64,000 bases of DNA from Octopus vulgaris (GCA_951406725.2 OX597815.1:149048001-149112000), one strand, 5' to 3'; numbered from the stretch's first letter, positions 12,485-28,153 are shown. The notes: a model not told the origin generated them from the letters alone. Made by a program: numbers and translations.

Positions 12485-12846
12485 CATCCTCAACAAGAGC
12501 ACTCAGAGAGCGCAAAACTCCGCCAAGGCAACACCGACGTCCTCTCAACGATTAGCCGGAAATAATTTTTAAAATGAAAATATCTGAGCTAACCTTGACT
12601 GCACTCGCAAACGAGAACACTAAAAATGATCCCGACTACTCTCAATAATTAAGTAAAATAAAAAAGAAAAAACAGGAAAAATAGTCCAGAATCCTTGTCC
12701 GTGACCCGATCGATCTCTAATGAAGTCGTACCAGTCACGTGGCCAAACATCCATGAAAGTTTCGTTCGAGGCTATCCCGCTGTTCTTGAGATATCTTGTT
12801 CAACCAAACCAACAAACACGACTGAAAACAATACATCCGCCTTCGA
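12485..12846 (+). mobile_element. Helentron-associated (HINE/DINE-like) non-autonomous element, 3' hairpin truncated
   Basis: 5' aacaagagcactcagagagcgcaaaactccgccaagg and 3' (caaa)-like microrepeat followed by gactgaaaacaatacatccgcc. Architecture recognised from memory, not verified. Confidence 0.5.
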
Positions 12847-13023
12847 TAATGAATGGAATGATTAGAAGTATGACATTTACTCGAAGTATTTTTCATTAGT
12901 ACTTAAATTAGACAGTTCGGAGTTTTTTTACTCATCATATAAGAATAAGTCATATTACTAAAACTTGTAACCGAAGCTTTCGTCCATCCGGTAAAACATG
13001 CGCACGCGTGGGCGCAAATTGTA

Positions 13024-13149
<126 letters not shown>

Positions 13150-13546
13150 TATACAGATATATTATTATTATTGTTATTATTATTATTATTATTATTATGT
13201 TATAGTAAAATATTTTCATTAAGTTTTACTTCGGATTCCAAATGGAGAAAACCTCAGAGAATTGTGTACATGAGTTTACAACATACATCTAAACTAATGG
13301 AAAAATATCAATAAATATAAATATTGCTTAGGATAACATTCCATGTCAATCAGTTAAAAATATGCCCATTTAAAGGTAACAACTGTTTCTTGAATTTAAA
13401 ATCATCCAATTACCCCCACTGTATTAGCATTTTATAGAAATTATATACGTCAAATCTAAAGACTCTCACCAATTTTCTAAAAGTATATCAAGTATCAGAG
13501 GGTAATTTACGTGAGTCTTACACACCATCTTTGACGTTTAAGGTGT

Positions 13547-13637
13547 CAACGATTAGCTAGAGATGATTTTTAAAATGAAAATATATGAGATAAACTCGAC
13601 TGCACTCGCAAACGAGAATACTAAAAATGATCCCGAC
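13547..13637 (+). repeat. Internal fragment of the 12485-12846 element
   Basis: caacgattag...gactgcactcgcaaacgagaa.actaaaaatgatcccgac matches ~12546-12636. Confidence 0.85.
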
Positions 13638-14368
13638 CACATAGTAGTGTCATCATTTTCTAAGAGCAAAATATACGCTTCGTCTAGTATCTTCAATTAT
13701 TTTAAAACTAAGTTATATACAGCCACAGCAAGTGCAATTTATCAGAAAATTAACAGTTTAATTCCTCTAACACCATTTCATATCCCAGTAGCATCCAATT
13801 ATCAATGAGATGAAATATATTTAACGAACCAGCAATTATCGCCACTAGCAAGTATAATTTCCTTTCTTTTCTTCTTGTTTTTCTTCAGTTTATACTGCCA
13901 TGTGAAATATGTAACTCTTATGATGTGTTCATTAAAAACTTTAAATTCAACATGTCAAGCTATTAAATACATTTCAAAGATTTTTTATTGTTTTACATTA
14001 AGAGCACCATCAACATTCAGTTATTGTGTAGTAGCTGAACATGTGGGGAACGCATTTTGTCTGTTTTAAGTCTATCGAAAAACTCGTATTCAAGTAGGAA
14101 GAAATATACTTTGTTGCTTAAGATTCAACCACAAAATATCTATCGCACATTATAGAAGTTTAATCCTTACTTCTTTGCTAACGGAACACATTTAGAAGCC
14201 TAAATTGATAAACTTTCATGGTAATTAGATTATCTCCAACGATTCAACTAATTATTCGTTCAGAACAATAATAAAATAATGATAAAAAAACAAAATGAAT
14301 AACTTTACAACCTTTATAATCACACTGCATTAAAATCCGGTCACTTATTCAAATGATTCCCAATTAGA

Positions 14369-15143
14369 CAGGGTTTACGGGCTAAATTTGAGAATTTTTA
14401 TAAAAGAAGTAAAAATATTATATCCGAAAATAAAATTGATTCAACAATCAACTAGATTATGCCTGACGGATAATTTATTCAAATTAGCCACCCCAGCTTC
14501 CACCACGTCCTCGAAGAGGCTCCAGAATGTGTTGCATGCGTCTCTCCCTTTGTCCTTGCGAAGATCTTTTAGCAGGTCGGATTTGTTGTGGATACAGTGG
14601 TATTAGCGTCTTTTTGAACCGTGCCCCACACGTTGTAATACATAGGATTGACATCAAAGGAATTAGGAGACACGGAATTAGGTTTTGCGAAGTCATAGAC
14701 ATTTCTGATAACCACTTCTGAATCATTCTGCGAGCATGACATGCAGCCGAATCTTGCTCCACACATATGGCCTTTCAGAACTAACCCATAGCGGTCTAAG
14801 GCTCTTTTCAGAGAATTGAGTTGTTCGAACGCACGCAGAATAAATGTTGTGACCCTTTCTGCTGCTTATAGCTTCGTAGCCTTCGTTGCAGCTGTCCATA
14901 TCACGTTTTACAGTTTTCACAGGACATTGAGTAGTAGTCATGATGTTGGCATTTTGATTCCCGGTGAGAATCATCATGATACAGGAAATTCTTTTTTAAT
15001 ATTCAGACTTCCAGCACAACGTTTCCTCAATTACAACCCGCACGATGGAGCTCTCCAAAGCCATTGATTTTTCACGAATGCATCACGCTGTTTCTGAGAA
15101 AAGGAGACACCAGTACCTCGTCAAATTTAACTTGAACATCCTG
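14369..15143 (-). mobile_element. Internally deleted Tc1/mariner (maT/DD37D-like) DNA transposon
   Basis: Imperfect TIRs cagggtttacgggctaaatttga (14369-14391) and tcaaatttaacttgaacatcctg (15121-15143), with TA outside the right end. Minus-strand transposase remnants EQDSAACH..QKWL and SPNSFDVNPMYYNVWG (cf. QQD.AP.H and PPNSPDLNP..Y.VW). Confidence 0.82.
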
Positions 15144-15431
15144 TAGGTTGTGAAACCAAGAACTCGGACTTCTACAGTGTATCATCAATTTAGTGCTCTT
15201 TATTGCCGCAGCCTGCAGTAGAGAGTTCAGGGATTGCCACATATCTTTTTAAGTCTCTAGGTTTTGCAAGTTGATTTCAATGCTTTGTGACTACAGGTGA
15301 AAGAGAATTATGCGTGCTTCGACCACTCTTCCATACCGCGAGGAAAATATGGTAACTAGTCATGGATTTGCAGGTACAATCTCTTATTCATGTGCTTGAA
15401 TTTCTTTAACTCATGTATTGGCGTATAAATG

Positions 15432-15506
<75 letters not shown>

Positions 15507-15527
15507 ATATATGTGTATTTATATATG

Positions 15528-15563
<36 letters not shown>

Positions 15564-16235
15564 GTCTACATGGAGGTAAAGCAGAAATTTACCCATAATT
15601 TATAAAGCAAATAACACCTTACATGTTAAAAGGAACAGTCAAAGTCCTTTTAGCATGTAATGTGTTTTGTTAGAATCACCTCTTTTGTGAATAAATATAC
15701 ACTAATTTTATATGAATAATATGTTGTCTAATAAGCACAACACACACACACACAAACACTCACACACACACACATATATATATATACATACATATATATG
15801 TATATATATATATATCTGCAGAAGGAGAGAGAGAGGGGGGGAAGGAAAGTCACTAAAATATGCGCCTACAGATTTTAACAAACTATTTTCATTTTCTTTG
15901 TTTTTTTCTCTGCCTTTAATTCCCTCTCTTCATTCTGTAGATGTTTATTAAATGTAACGAGGTAAATGTAAATTTAATAAACAGAAACACCTGTAAATGT
16001 TTCTAAATTCTATTAAGAATGACTTTTAAACACTAATAATCCACTTCTCATTGTTAATTATTGCTGCATTTCTTATCTTCTTTCTATATATTAAACCACG
16101 GTTTTACCTTTAAATTACCTACTACCGTATACCTTATAACGTGTTCAATACATAGTAAGATAATACACCAGGAGTGCCTCCGGATACATCTATCACTTAG
16201 ATGGTTGCATAAACTCTAACTTATATCTTGCTTAA

Positions 16236-16270
<35 letters not shown>

Positions 16271-17607
16271 TAAATATAAGAACAAGCAATTTAGACTTGC
16301 CTAACATGTTCGTCCTTCTTATCCTTACATTTACTCCTCAACCTGCTCAAGTTTTAATCTCTTGGGTACTACAACTTATATTCTATACAGAGAATACCTG
16401 TCTCCAGTCTACGCATATTTATTATAAAGAAAGTTTTGCCCGATAATTTCAGCTTTTGTGTTGCGTGCATTTCCGGTTTTTGATGTATGGCAAGCAGTAT
16501 CATAGTTTTTGCCTTTCTTAACTTTTTTCTCTAATATTTCTTCTCTTTTAAAATTTATATCTCTCTCAATCGCACTCTCATCCTCTTTCTTCTTCCCTCT
16601 CTCTACCCCTATTTCTCTCTCTCCCAATGTATAAAACTCGCAATGTCATATTGTCTCTCTCCTTCTCCATCACGCTCACTAATTCTTTATTGCAGTGGGA
16701 TAAATTTCTCTGTGTCTCCCCATGTATTTACCACGATCTATTACACTAACACTCGGCTTCTGCTTTCACCCAATACTATTAGTCTTTTTCTCAGCAGCGT
16801 CTCAATATCTTTGTCTCGATCTATCACCCCACTCTCTCTCTCTCTCTCTCTCCATATATTTCCTTCTCGTTCTCTCTTTTTCTTTGCCTTTCTGTTTCAG
16901 TTTCTACTTCAAGAAAAAAGAAATCATTTTTTTTATTTCTCATCGACAATCTTGGTTACTTTTCGATTTACGCTGTTGATCTTCACGTCTCTTACTTATG
17001 TTGAAAAGCACCCTCTCGTTCACCATTATTTGGAATATCCTAGCATAACTTAAGCTATTTTCCATCGATATTTTTATCGCGCTCAAGCTCGCTCTTTCTG
17101 TACATGTTTCACTTTCCTTCTGTCTGTTTCTTTCTCTCCCCCTCTCACTCCCTCTCTCCTCTCTATGTCTCTCTCGATGACATTATTTTTTTCTTGTTTC
17201 GCTTCCTTCCAAAGCAACAGTTTTTCTTCACTTTAGCACCCTTTTTATCTCCCTCTGTCATACGCAAATAATATGGCACTTGAACATGAAAAGAATACCA
17301 GTTGTGAATGCTGTGTTAGGCGTCATAAAGAAATCAATCAATGGTTTCCTAACCAGAAAAAAAAAGAAGAAAAAAAACGTGTGTGCGTTCATTTCTGGTT
17401 GTGACGTGTAACTGGTAAAAATGTAATTGTACATAGCTAGAAATATACTACTTAACGACATAATTATAATCGCATTATTTATTGAAAACGATAACCTTCT
17501 GATTTGACAACTCTGTAGCAATTTATACATACACATACATCTTGATACCAATATACATATATATATAAGTGTGGGTGTATGTGCGTATGCATTTATGTAT
17601 GATATGG

Positions 17608-17638
<31 letters not shown>

Positions 17639-18059
17639 AATATATATACACGTACACGCAGCCTGTATATATATATATATATATATACATATATATACAA
17701 ACAGTACACGTGTACGTGCGTTCTTCCACCGTTTTGTCAAAGATGCCCTTAAGCCATTTAAATGTTATCAAGTTTTGTCAGGCACACATCAACAGGAAGA
17801 GAAATGAATCAATAAATGACACTGAAAAGAAAGAAAAAAAATTAAAGAAATTTTAAATTACGTTTTACGCTTCTTGACTTTCTCATTTTAGAAATTGTAA
17901 AATTGTATATTTATTATTAACATTCTCAATATTACCATTACTACAACTTAAAAAATAATATTACTAATAGTTTTAATGAAAATATATCGGGCACCATGAA
18001 GAATAACGGCAACAACTGCGATGACGACAGTGGCAATGGAAACAGCAACAGCGAGAACA

Positions 18060-18330
<271 letters not shown>

Positions 18331-18805
18331 TCAGCAAGATGACAGTGTCGAGGATGACAACGATGGCTACAGTGATGATGGTGATAGCATAAATAAAAAT
18401 AATATTAATAATGGTAATGATGGTTTTAATTATAATAACAAGAAAAACGACGTTACTGATAATATTCTTTTCAAAACAGACTACAGGGGAAAATAGCATA
18501 TTGGAAAATTTATGCACAAAACATACAGGAATTTAACAATAATAAAAATAATTCCAAACTACTTATGAGATTTTTTTTTTAAATAGAAATGTATAATTAC
18601 TTTGAGTTTTCCTTTCCAGTTTCTTTTTTTTTTTTTTTTGTATTTGTTCTCTTTGAAATATTTCATCATTCTTGATAATGCCCTCGGGATATTTGACTTG
18701 CTGATGAAACTAACGTAAGTTTTCACATGGATAAAATTCGTGTTATTTTGCGGAATAATGCAGATAATATTTCTATTAACTCTTGCCTGTTTTATTCATT
18801 TTTTG

Positions 18806-18846
<41 letters not shown>

Positions 18847-18901
18847 CTGCTTAACTTTCTGATGTGATTATAATTTTATTTTTATTGACTTTTCCTTCGC
18901 T

Positions 18902-19430
<529 letters not shown>

Positions 19431-20229
19431 TATGCTAGCCATCATTATTTGTTTTTCTTCTCGAACTTAATAGTAATAATATCACTAATATCGTATTTCG
19501 TCATGAACTATGCAGGACTTGTTTCCGCTCAACCAGGTCACTACATCATTTGATTTCATGGTTGGTGGTTGAGGTGTATGTTACATGTCATCTTCAGCGG
19601 GTTTTTCTTTTCAATATGTTGCTTTAACACTTTCGGTTTTCTCTATAAAGTATGCAATGTTTTATATCTGCCTTTTCGCCAAAAGATGAATGCACCCCAC
19701 GCGTGCTGTGTAGGGCGTGTATTTTAATGATAATTTCTCGAATGCGTGCTGCATTGGATGTGTAATTGTCTTGTATGGTCATTTCAGAATTTACATTTAG
19801 TGCAATGCATCGTATTATTATATTTGTTACGGTATTATTTTATCGAGTGTAGTGTTGTATGTGTATATTATGATGTACACTTTGATAATTGATTGTACAT
19901 ATAGGTTGTGTTGGCAAGGTGTTTATTAGTATAACACTGTGTGAAAACTGATTAAATTTTTAACACGTCCTAAAAGAATCGGTATTTATATTATTTTAAT
20001 GATCTATAGAATTTGTAATAGGATTCAAACAACGCATTGATCTAACCAGGTAGTTCATTTGTAATAAATACATTTCTAATAAATGATTTGTTAAAAGTAA
20101 CAAAAACACTGAAGATTTCGACGATCTCAAGTGTCTTTCATAACAGAAGTAACGTCAAGTTTTCAGAGAGCAGATTAGCAAGTTAGTACATTTGAGGTTG
20201 TCGGCTGCAATCGTCAACAACTTATAGCG

Positions 20230-21250
20230 GATAACTCTGAAAAGAGTAGAGGTGGTACGGTTTATTAGAGTTTAGCTTCAGAGAAATCTAGGATAGGGGG
20301 AGACCTAGTTAGGAAGCTAGGAGAGGCACTTAGAAGAGGCATAGTGACCAGCCTGTTGCCGCCAAGATTGGCTGTCGATCAATCCTTCAATGCCAAGTAC
20401 CAATTTTCCGTTGTCAGAGCTAAGGCCCGTACGCTAAGGCATAAGGGCACGAAAACTATTCAGTGCTCCGTGGCGACAAAGGTGCAACGTGGCGACAAAG
20501 CCTGAATTCGGCTCCTGACAGGTACATACTACTCAAATCCAAGCAGATATGTGAAGAATTTGAACGGCATTTGCCGATTTGTATGGGGCACCCGGAGGGT
20601 AAGTGACTGCGATTGACTCTACCTCTTCGTACATCAGCAGTATAGCGCGCCTTTTGACTAGAGATACAGATTCTGCGAAATACAAGTTTGAGTCGAACAC
20701 ATACGGGACGCAATGAGGGGTTACATAAGAAAAAAAGACTCCGCGACAGGATAGTCTACTCGGCAAGCCTTATCTTACTATGCCAGATTTGTTCGGGGAC
20801 CTCTTGGAAGATGTTTACTACAACTGACAACAGAACGGGATAATTCCCCAGTTTTGTGAGCTGATGCGTGGTGGTGCTCCTGTAAAATGATTCGAAAAAG
20901 AGGAACGGGGGACCACATAGATAACTTTAGGCCCAACACTTCGCTGAACGCAGATTATAAAACTTTAGTGAAGGTTTAACTAAAATACTGGTGTTTGTCT
21001 TCGATAAACTGTGCGATAAAGCACAGACATGCGCTATCCTAAAGAAATCTGTCCACGACATCCTCTAAATCACGTGGTACCTCATAAAAGGGAGGGGGAG
21101 GAACCTGTCATGGGGAGGACCCCGATCAATATGGATCAATCAAATGAGGCGACCAGTTTCAGTTCAGTCTGCAAAACCTGAATCGCTGCAAATCATGACG
21201 TCTGTTGAGTATTCAAAGTAAATGGCCTCTTAGCGGAATCGTTTAATATC
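20230..21250 (+). pseudogene. Degraded L1/Tx1-clade ORF2 fragment (pre-RT and RT N-terminus)
   Basis: ~20917-20975 reads IDNFRPNTSLNADYKTLVKV (cf. N.RPI.LLN.DYKILAK). Then AQTCAI (~21021) and INMDQS (~21125). Confidence 0.7.
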
Positions 21251-21329
21251 GCATGATGTGCAGTATTGCAAGCGTAGCCGGCTTGCTGCTTACAGCTTAA
21301 CGTATCATGCTATATGTTCTTTTCAATTA

Positions 21330-21690
21330 TTAGTGAGCTGGCAGAATTGTTAGGATGCTGGACGAAATACTTACAAACCCTTCATTATTGCTGACATCAA
21401 GGATTATAGACTTGAAATCTAGGTCCAGAAAAGTCGTCCGTATTTCGACATCCAGGTATTTCCAAAGCAGCAATACTACACACCCTCCCATTCCAAGCTG
21501 ACTAAGAGATACGTAGATCTCAAAATTGTTGAACATAGAAGCTAGATCATGTGTGTCGGAAAACCTGTTTATCATAACGGCATCCATAGCTTTCGACCTG
21601 AGGTCGTTGATCAAGCAACCTTTCTTCCAGCGAGATCCCAGTGCACAAACATTTATACAAACTGTTCGTAAATCTACCGCATGGACAGTT
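21330..21690 (-). pseudogene. APE endonuclease N-terminal fragment, L1/Tx1-like
   Basis: ORF 21330-21704: CINVCAL.S..K..LINDL..D, GGCVVLL, IILDV resemble the start of an L1/Tx1 endonuclease. Confidence 0.55.
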
Positions 21691-21719
21691 TGAAAGTAAT
21701 ACACAAGACGTTAAGGACA

Positions 21720-22458
21720 ATACAGCATCGTGGCCTGCATTAAGAGCGAGGTGATTTGGTGCGTACCACCGAAAGCCTGATCAATTCCTGCACAAGAACA
21801 GGCTTTCGCAACCAATTCGGTGAAGTATAATATCTATAAAATTTCTGACACCCAGAAATGCAGATTCTATTGAAAGAGTGTGGAAAATGTTGCCCACCTG
21901 GAAAGTGGATATGAGAACCTTGCACAAAAAAGCGCCGCCACGATGAAGTGTGTGTGTACCTTCATTGGCTCTTATGCCGTAAATACCAATATGAAGTAAC
22001 AGAGAACTGGTGCGAGCATGTACCAAGTAAAGTTATGCAAGAGGATGGAAAAGTAACGATACTTTGGAACTATGACTTTCAGACGGATCCTGTAATCGAA
22101 CAACGTCGATCGGATATTGTCATATTGAATAAGACAGAGAAATACAATCAGTTCATTAATGTAGCCATACCAAATGATATGAATGTTGTGAATAAAGAGG
22201 TTGAAAAAAATCACCAAGAACTCTGAATAAAAATTGGAAATGGCAAAACAGTATGGAATGCGAGAGGGTTATGTAAAAGGGATTCTAGTCGTGATCGGAG
22301 CGTTGGGCTCAATTCCATTGAAACTTCAAGACTTCTTAAGGTAACTGAAAATCTCATGCAAGATTGATGTCTTGCAAAAAGCAGCCTAAGTTCCTTGTTG
22401 AGACTTGATACATGACGAAAGTCTCCGGTGCATTTTTACCTACACTGTGTTACGAAGG

Positions 22459-22460
<2 letters not shown>
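21720..22460 (+). mobile_element. Degraded 3' fragment of an R4/Dong-type element (family D), followed by (TAA)n
   Basis: AQEQA, KCRF, RRHDEVCVYLHWLLCRKY, VTILW, QTD..IEQRRSDIV, INVAIP. 3' UTR ends at (TAA)n at 22461. Confidence 0.82.
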
Positions 22461-22508
<48 letters not shown>

Positions 22509-22531
22509 TAATATTAATAATAATAATAATA

Positions 22532-22871
22532 ACAACGTGTCTCTAAAAGAAATGGAGAAACTCTCAAAATACAAAGACCTGGAAATAGAGGTAACTAGAA
22601 TGTGGAATCTGAAAACAGAAACAATTCCTATCATAGTAGGTGCATTAGGCATGATAAAAAAATATTCAGACAAATACATAACGAAAAACACCAGGACTTA
22701 CAAACACATATAACATACAGAAAATTGCACTACTAGGCACTACACACATCCTACACAGAACACATTCCATACAATAACCATCAGAGCATCACAACAAATC
22801 ACAGCATATACTCAAGGCACACAGAGCTGCGCTCGGTAGTGAAGTGAAAGCACGCTATAAAAATAAAACTA

Positions 22872-22874
<3 letters not shown>
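22532..22874 (+). mobile_element. 5'-truncated 343-bp copy of R4/Dong family B inside a (TAA)n tract
   Basis: Nearly identical to 46665-47007, including the exact 3' end aaaataaaactactg-aataat. Confidence 0.93.
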
Positions 22875-22963
<89 letters not shown>

Positions 22964-22982
22964 TAATCATAATAACAACAAC

Positions 22983-23055
<73 letters not shown>
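22875..23055 (+). repeat. (TAA)n microsatellite
   Basis: Directly visible. Confidence 0.97.
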
Positions 23056-23056
<1 letters not shown>

Positions 23057-24554
23057 GGTCATCATCATGAATAAGATCATGATTGTAATCATGATCATGA
23101 TCATGGTAAAAGAAAGTTCGAATTATTCAAACGTTTGTATCCACGTACTTTACTCTGTTGCGGTATTTGTCTTTTTGTAGGAACTATTTCTCTTTTATTA
23201 TTACAGATAATTGGTTGTAATTATTGGCACAGCTTCTGGAAATATCAATGAAAATGTAAATTCCGTTCACGGATTACGTCTCGAGGCACAATTTTCGGAA
23301 TCAACGTGTAGCATTTATTAATATTTTTGGTGCACTTCCTATTTTTTTCTCAATTTTGAGTTCAAAAATATTTTCTTTCTGTCTTTAGATGTGTTAACGT
23401 TTCGATTTACACTTTCCTGATTTACAAAGCTCTTATATATTTTTTTTATTGCATTTCATTGTTTATTATTTTCCTATTTGTTACGTGCGATTCAATATTA
23501 TATTTGGAATTAATGATTTCCTAATTCAGCCAAACATATTTTAGAACAACTGCACTTGGCAACATCCGAAGAACATTATAAAAAAGGAAATGTTTTCCAA
23601 ATAGGAGCGAATGTTTCAATGACGAACTAACAGCAAACACCTTTTAGTTATTACATTTTATTGCAAAAGATCAATTTCTCGGAGGTCAATAACACCATTT
23701 ACATTCATGAATTGGATCTATTATGTTTCTAAAAGTGTATTTATATTTGTTTATATATCTGTATCTGTGCAAACATTAAGCAGCTTCGATTTAGAATATA
23801 TCTCTACTTCTATTTAGCATCAACATTTACTTTTAAATATCAATATTTATGACTATTTGATCGATTCTAGTTGGTGGTACGAATAAACACACAGACATCT
23901 ATTTTATTCATCGAAAATTTAATGAAAATAAATCGACTCTTTAAGCTGTATACTCGTATTCTTTAGAGCGGATTTATCATACTAAAAATATTTTCCCTCT
24001 ACAGCTTATTCAGTGGGCGATTCTACTTTTGAACGGTGGAAGTTAACGTATTCCACTTTCACGGAAATATTGTTTCAAATTTTGGTATAAAGCCAGCGGT
24101 TTCTTGCGGAGGAAGTCGATTTTGTTAGCTCACCTGATAGAGAGGGATTTGTCTTGGATGATCTGAGGGAATATATAATGAGTATTTTTATGTGGCCTGT
24201 AATTTTGGCTATTTCAAGAATTTTCCGAATCACCTTGATCCCAGTCAAGTAGCCATATCACGATATACATAGGCACACTAAATGTGGATGAATACCACCT
24301 GAACTATGTTTATATTATTGAGAGATAAAAAACTGAAAAGAAGACTCGCCAAAGCTCTCGGGATACGGAGATTCCTCCTGGTGCAAAGCGGGGAACTGCA
24401 TCTCTGTTGCCATCGGTTGAAAGAACAAATATGAAGCAGGTGCAGGAAAAGAAAACGAGAAAAAAAGGAAGAATCTTTTAAAAATATTTTACAAGTCTAT
24501 CAGCTGCGTACCAAGCAAGTTAAATCAAATTGTTTCGATCTATATCTGTGTGTT

Positions 24555-24637
<83 letters not shown>

Positions 24638-24921
24638 GTTTATATACAAAATTTTATATAAGAGATCTGCGCCATGCTATGCTGTAAAGGAAAACTATTA
24701 TTGTTTCTTAGTGTGATTAAGTGTGTAATGGGATTTTCGAGTCGGTGTTTTGGGCGATTGCAGCACCTGTGAGCATATATCCATACGTTTATGTGCATTT
24801 CCTTCAGCATTAGACATTCTACCTCTTACCCCTAGCAATGTACTTGTCAGGCTTAGAGAAAATAATTTTTTTCTCTTTGTATATGCATGTATGTTTATAA
24901 TGTATATATCTATGCATGTTT

Positions 24922-24959
<38 letters not shown>

Positions 24960-25002
24960 GTTTATGTGTGTGTATGTGTATGTATATAAATATATACTTC
25001 TG

Positions 25003-25061
<59 letters not shown>

Positions 25062-25909
25062 ATATATATACAGAGAGAGAGAGGGAGAAAATAATTGAGT
25101 TTCAGAAGAATTATGTACTTAAGTTTAAGCACCAAATCAGTGCGGTATTTTCCGTAAAAATTCAAAGTAAGGTGAATAAAATTAAAATGAGCAACAGGAT
25201 ATTAAGATGCGATGCAGTACGACCGTTTCAAGCGGCTCCATTTAATTAAACAATGCATTAATTACATCAATTTAAACGCAGGGCTATCCTCCGATGGATG
25301 AATAAATAAATAGAATATTTAATCAGTTTGACACATTAATATGATTTTACACACATTCTCTAATAGAGCAAGAAGACGAAAATAATTCATGTTTCCATTA
25401 ATGTAGCTATGAATATACTACACTTCTAAGAATTGTATGAAGTTTTTGGTGTCACAGTTTGTAATGGGTTGTGTTTCATTTTTTCTGTATTCGTCTTTTT
25501 ATCAACAACCAAATTTAAAGCTAGAGGACTGTGTCTGTTTGGAATGGAGGGCAGGAGTGAGTTCATAGCACATTGCTGAGTATGGTCATAAATATTGTCA
25601 AGTTTTTAGGGTTAGTATAAAGAGTCTATAAAGGAGGCTGGGTAGGGGAAGGCCTCAAATCAAAATGTTAATTATCAGTTAAAGGGGAAAGACGCTAATA
25701 AAACCTATGTTGTTAATACACAGGAAATTATCGTGGTGTATTATGGATGATTGTATATATAAACAATATTGTTATTTTGGATGAAGATAAAATTTATGAT
25801 TACTGAAAATGATATAACCAGAATAAATAAAATGTGTATATAAACACATTCTCAAAATTAGAATTGGAAGATTACATACATACATACCTACCTACTTACA
25901 TACATATAC

Positions 25910-25970
<61 letters not shown>

Positions 25971-27184
25971 TTAATTACCAAAGAATGCACGTAACCATTT
26001 AACCATTTGGTTAAGAAGCCCTCTTCGTTCAATGTAAGTCTGTAATACATTTTAGTGCATACAAGATGAGGCGACATTTGCTTCCAGTTATGGCTTCCGT
26101 GATGTATTTATTTGCCTTGGCAAATCTACGCGGCGAAATACCGCCCTAGAAATTGTGCCTAGATTGATACACTCACGAAGACAACATTCCCCCACTAAAG
26201 TCATTCGACTAACGGTAATTTATATCATGAATTTTGGAACGAAGGCTGGTGTTTCGGATTGTAGACAATGCATCCATTTAATGCAAAACAGCGTTGATTG
26301 TTGCTCACATTCATTTTGTACGACGCGTACAAATCTTGCGCACTATTCCATCTGAACAGTGATTTCAATTTTCAAAGAGGACAATATATCATTCATCTTG
26401 ATAGTTAGGCATCTTAATCCTAGACTTAATTTCAATGCTTTGCGTCTTACGTGAGGGGAATATGCACACAAATATGTCCTCAATTTCACATTGAAAACAT
26501 TTATAGAATAGAATGGACATCCTTTGGGTATTGGAAGAAACTCAAGTTATAGCTGTTCATATCTCACATATTTGAATACGGCAATTAGAAGATGTCATTG
26601 AAAAGTAATTGGTAGTCGGCTTCAGGTTTATTTTTCTTCATAATACATATCAATGGTAAAGGTTTCTTAGAAATATATTGGAATACATTACCAAAGTAGT
26701 GATCTCGCTGTATCTGGCATTCAAGCAAGCGGACGATTGATGATGATGATGAAGCACCTCTTCAGTCATATGACTGTGTGGTGCATTTAAATTTTCCGTT
26801 TCATAATAACTAGTCCAAAGTGTTACAACTAAAGAACTATTTAGTATATCGGTTATTTTAGAGACGCAAGATTACTACAGCGGTGCTAGCATCAAACTAC
26901 GTTCAAATTACTAGCCCCTGGAGCATTGGGCAATTATAAAACAATTACCAGAAATTTCTTGGTGAAATTCTTCGAAAGCTTAGGCACCCTGGAAACAGAA
27001 CGGTATGCCTATCATACAAGCACGCAATTCCTCCTAAATAAAATAAAAATAGCAATATGTCATTTACTGATCGAACGGTTGATGTTATCAGTTTGTATAG
27101 GAATAGTATACCTTGATATGCCATGTTAAAAGCGTTAAACATATTTTTCATCAACCTAATTCAAACAAACTTTTGCGCTGATAT

Positions 27185-27457
27185 CTTTTATTCTTTTACC
27201 TGTTTCAGTCATTTGATTTTGGCCATGATGGAGCACTGCCTTTAGTAGAACAAATCGACCCAAGTACTTAATCTTTATAGGCTTAGGACTTATACTATCT
27301 GTCTCTTAGGACAACCTGCCAAGTTATAGGGACGGTCGGCCCGAAGCTATAGGAGAAGACACTTACACAAGGCACCATGCAGTGGGACTGAAACCGGATC
27401 CATGTGGCTGGGAAGCAAACTTAACAAACATCAAACTTACCACAGAGCCACTCTTGC
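27185..27457 (-). mobile_element. Second tRNA-derived SINE family (CORE-like) with a CR1-like tail
   Basis: Minus strand: gagtggctctgtggtaag (A box)...ccggttttcagtccc (B box)...ccttgtgtaagtgtctt, then tail ggcagtgctccatcatggcc..gactgaaacaggtaaaagaataa. Head homologous to 52527-52596. Confidence 0.72.
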
Positions 27458-27923
27458 ATTACTATTCTTATGTAAGGAAATGTAATTTCATAAAATAAAG
27501 CATTTCTATCATTTCATTTATCAAAAAAAAAAAGAACAATACAGCAATCGCACTCATTCTTCATTATCAGCTTGCAGACAACTCCAAGAACTGCAAAGGG
27601 GTTGAATAAGTCTGAAGGAAAAATATCTTTTATGCAAATGGTCGTAATCATATAAAGTTTTCCTGTACTTTAGAGAAGGACATCCAGTGTTACTTCGATT
27701 TTTAATGCAATCCGATAAAAAAAGAATAATTTTTTGGCTAGTCTGGTACAGTACGTCCTCACGTACGATGAAGTGGTAACAGATGGTATATGTAGCTATA
27801 GGATGAATGCAAGTACCATGTTCTCGAGATGTAGCTGTAGGCCGAAAACGATACAATTCTCTACATTGTCCTTTCCGATATATATATATATTCATTAATA
27901 TGAGAACTTGTAATACATACATA

Positions 27924-28007
<84 letters not shown>

Positions 28008-28103
28008 TAGATAGATAGATAGATATAGTTAATCCAAACATGAAAACACAAAGAGAAAACACAACAACGCGAGAACGTGGAACACGTATAGTATTATTGG
28101 ACG

Positions 28104-28153
<50 letters not shown>

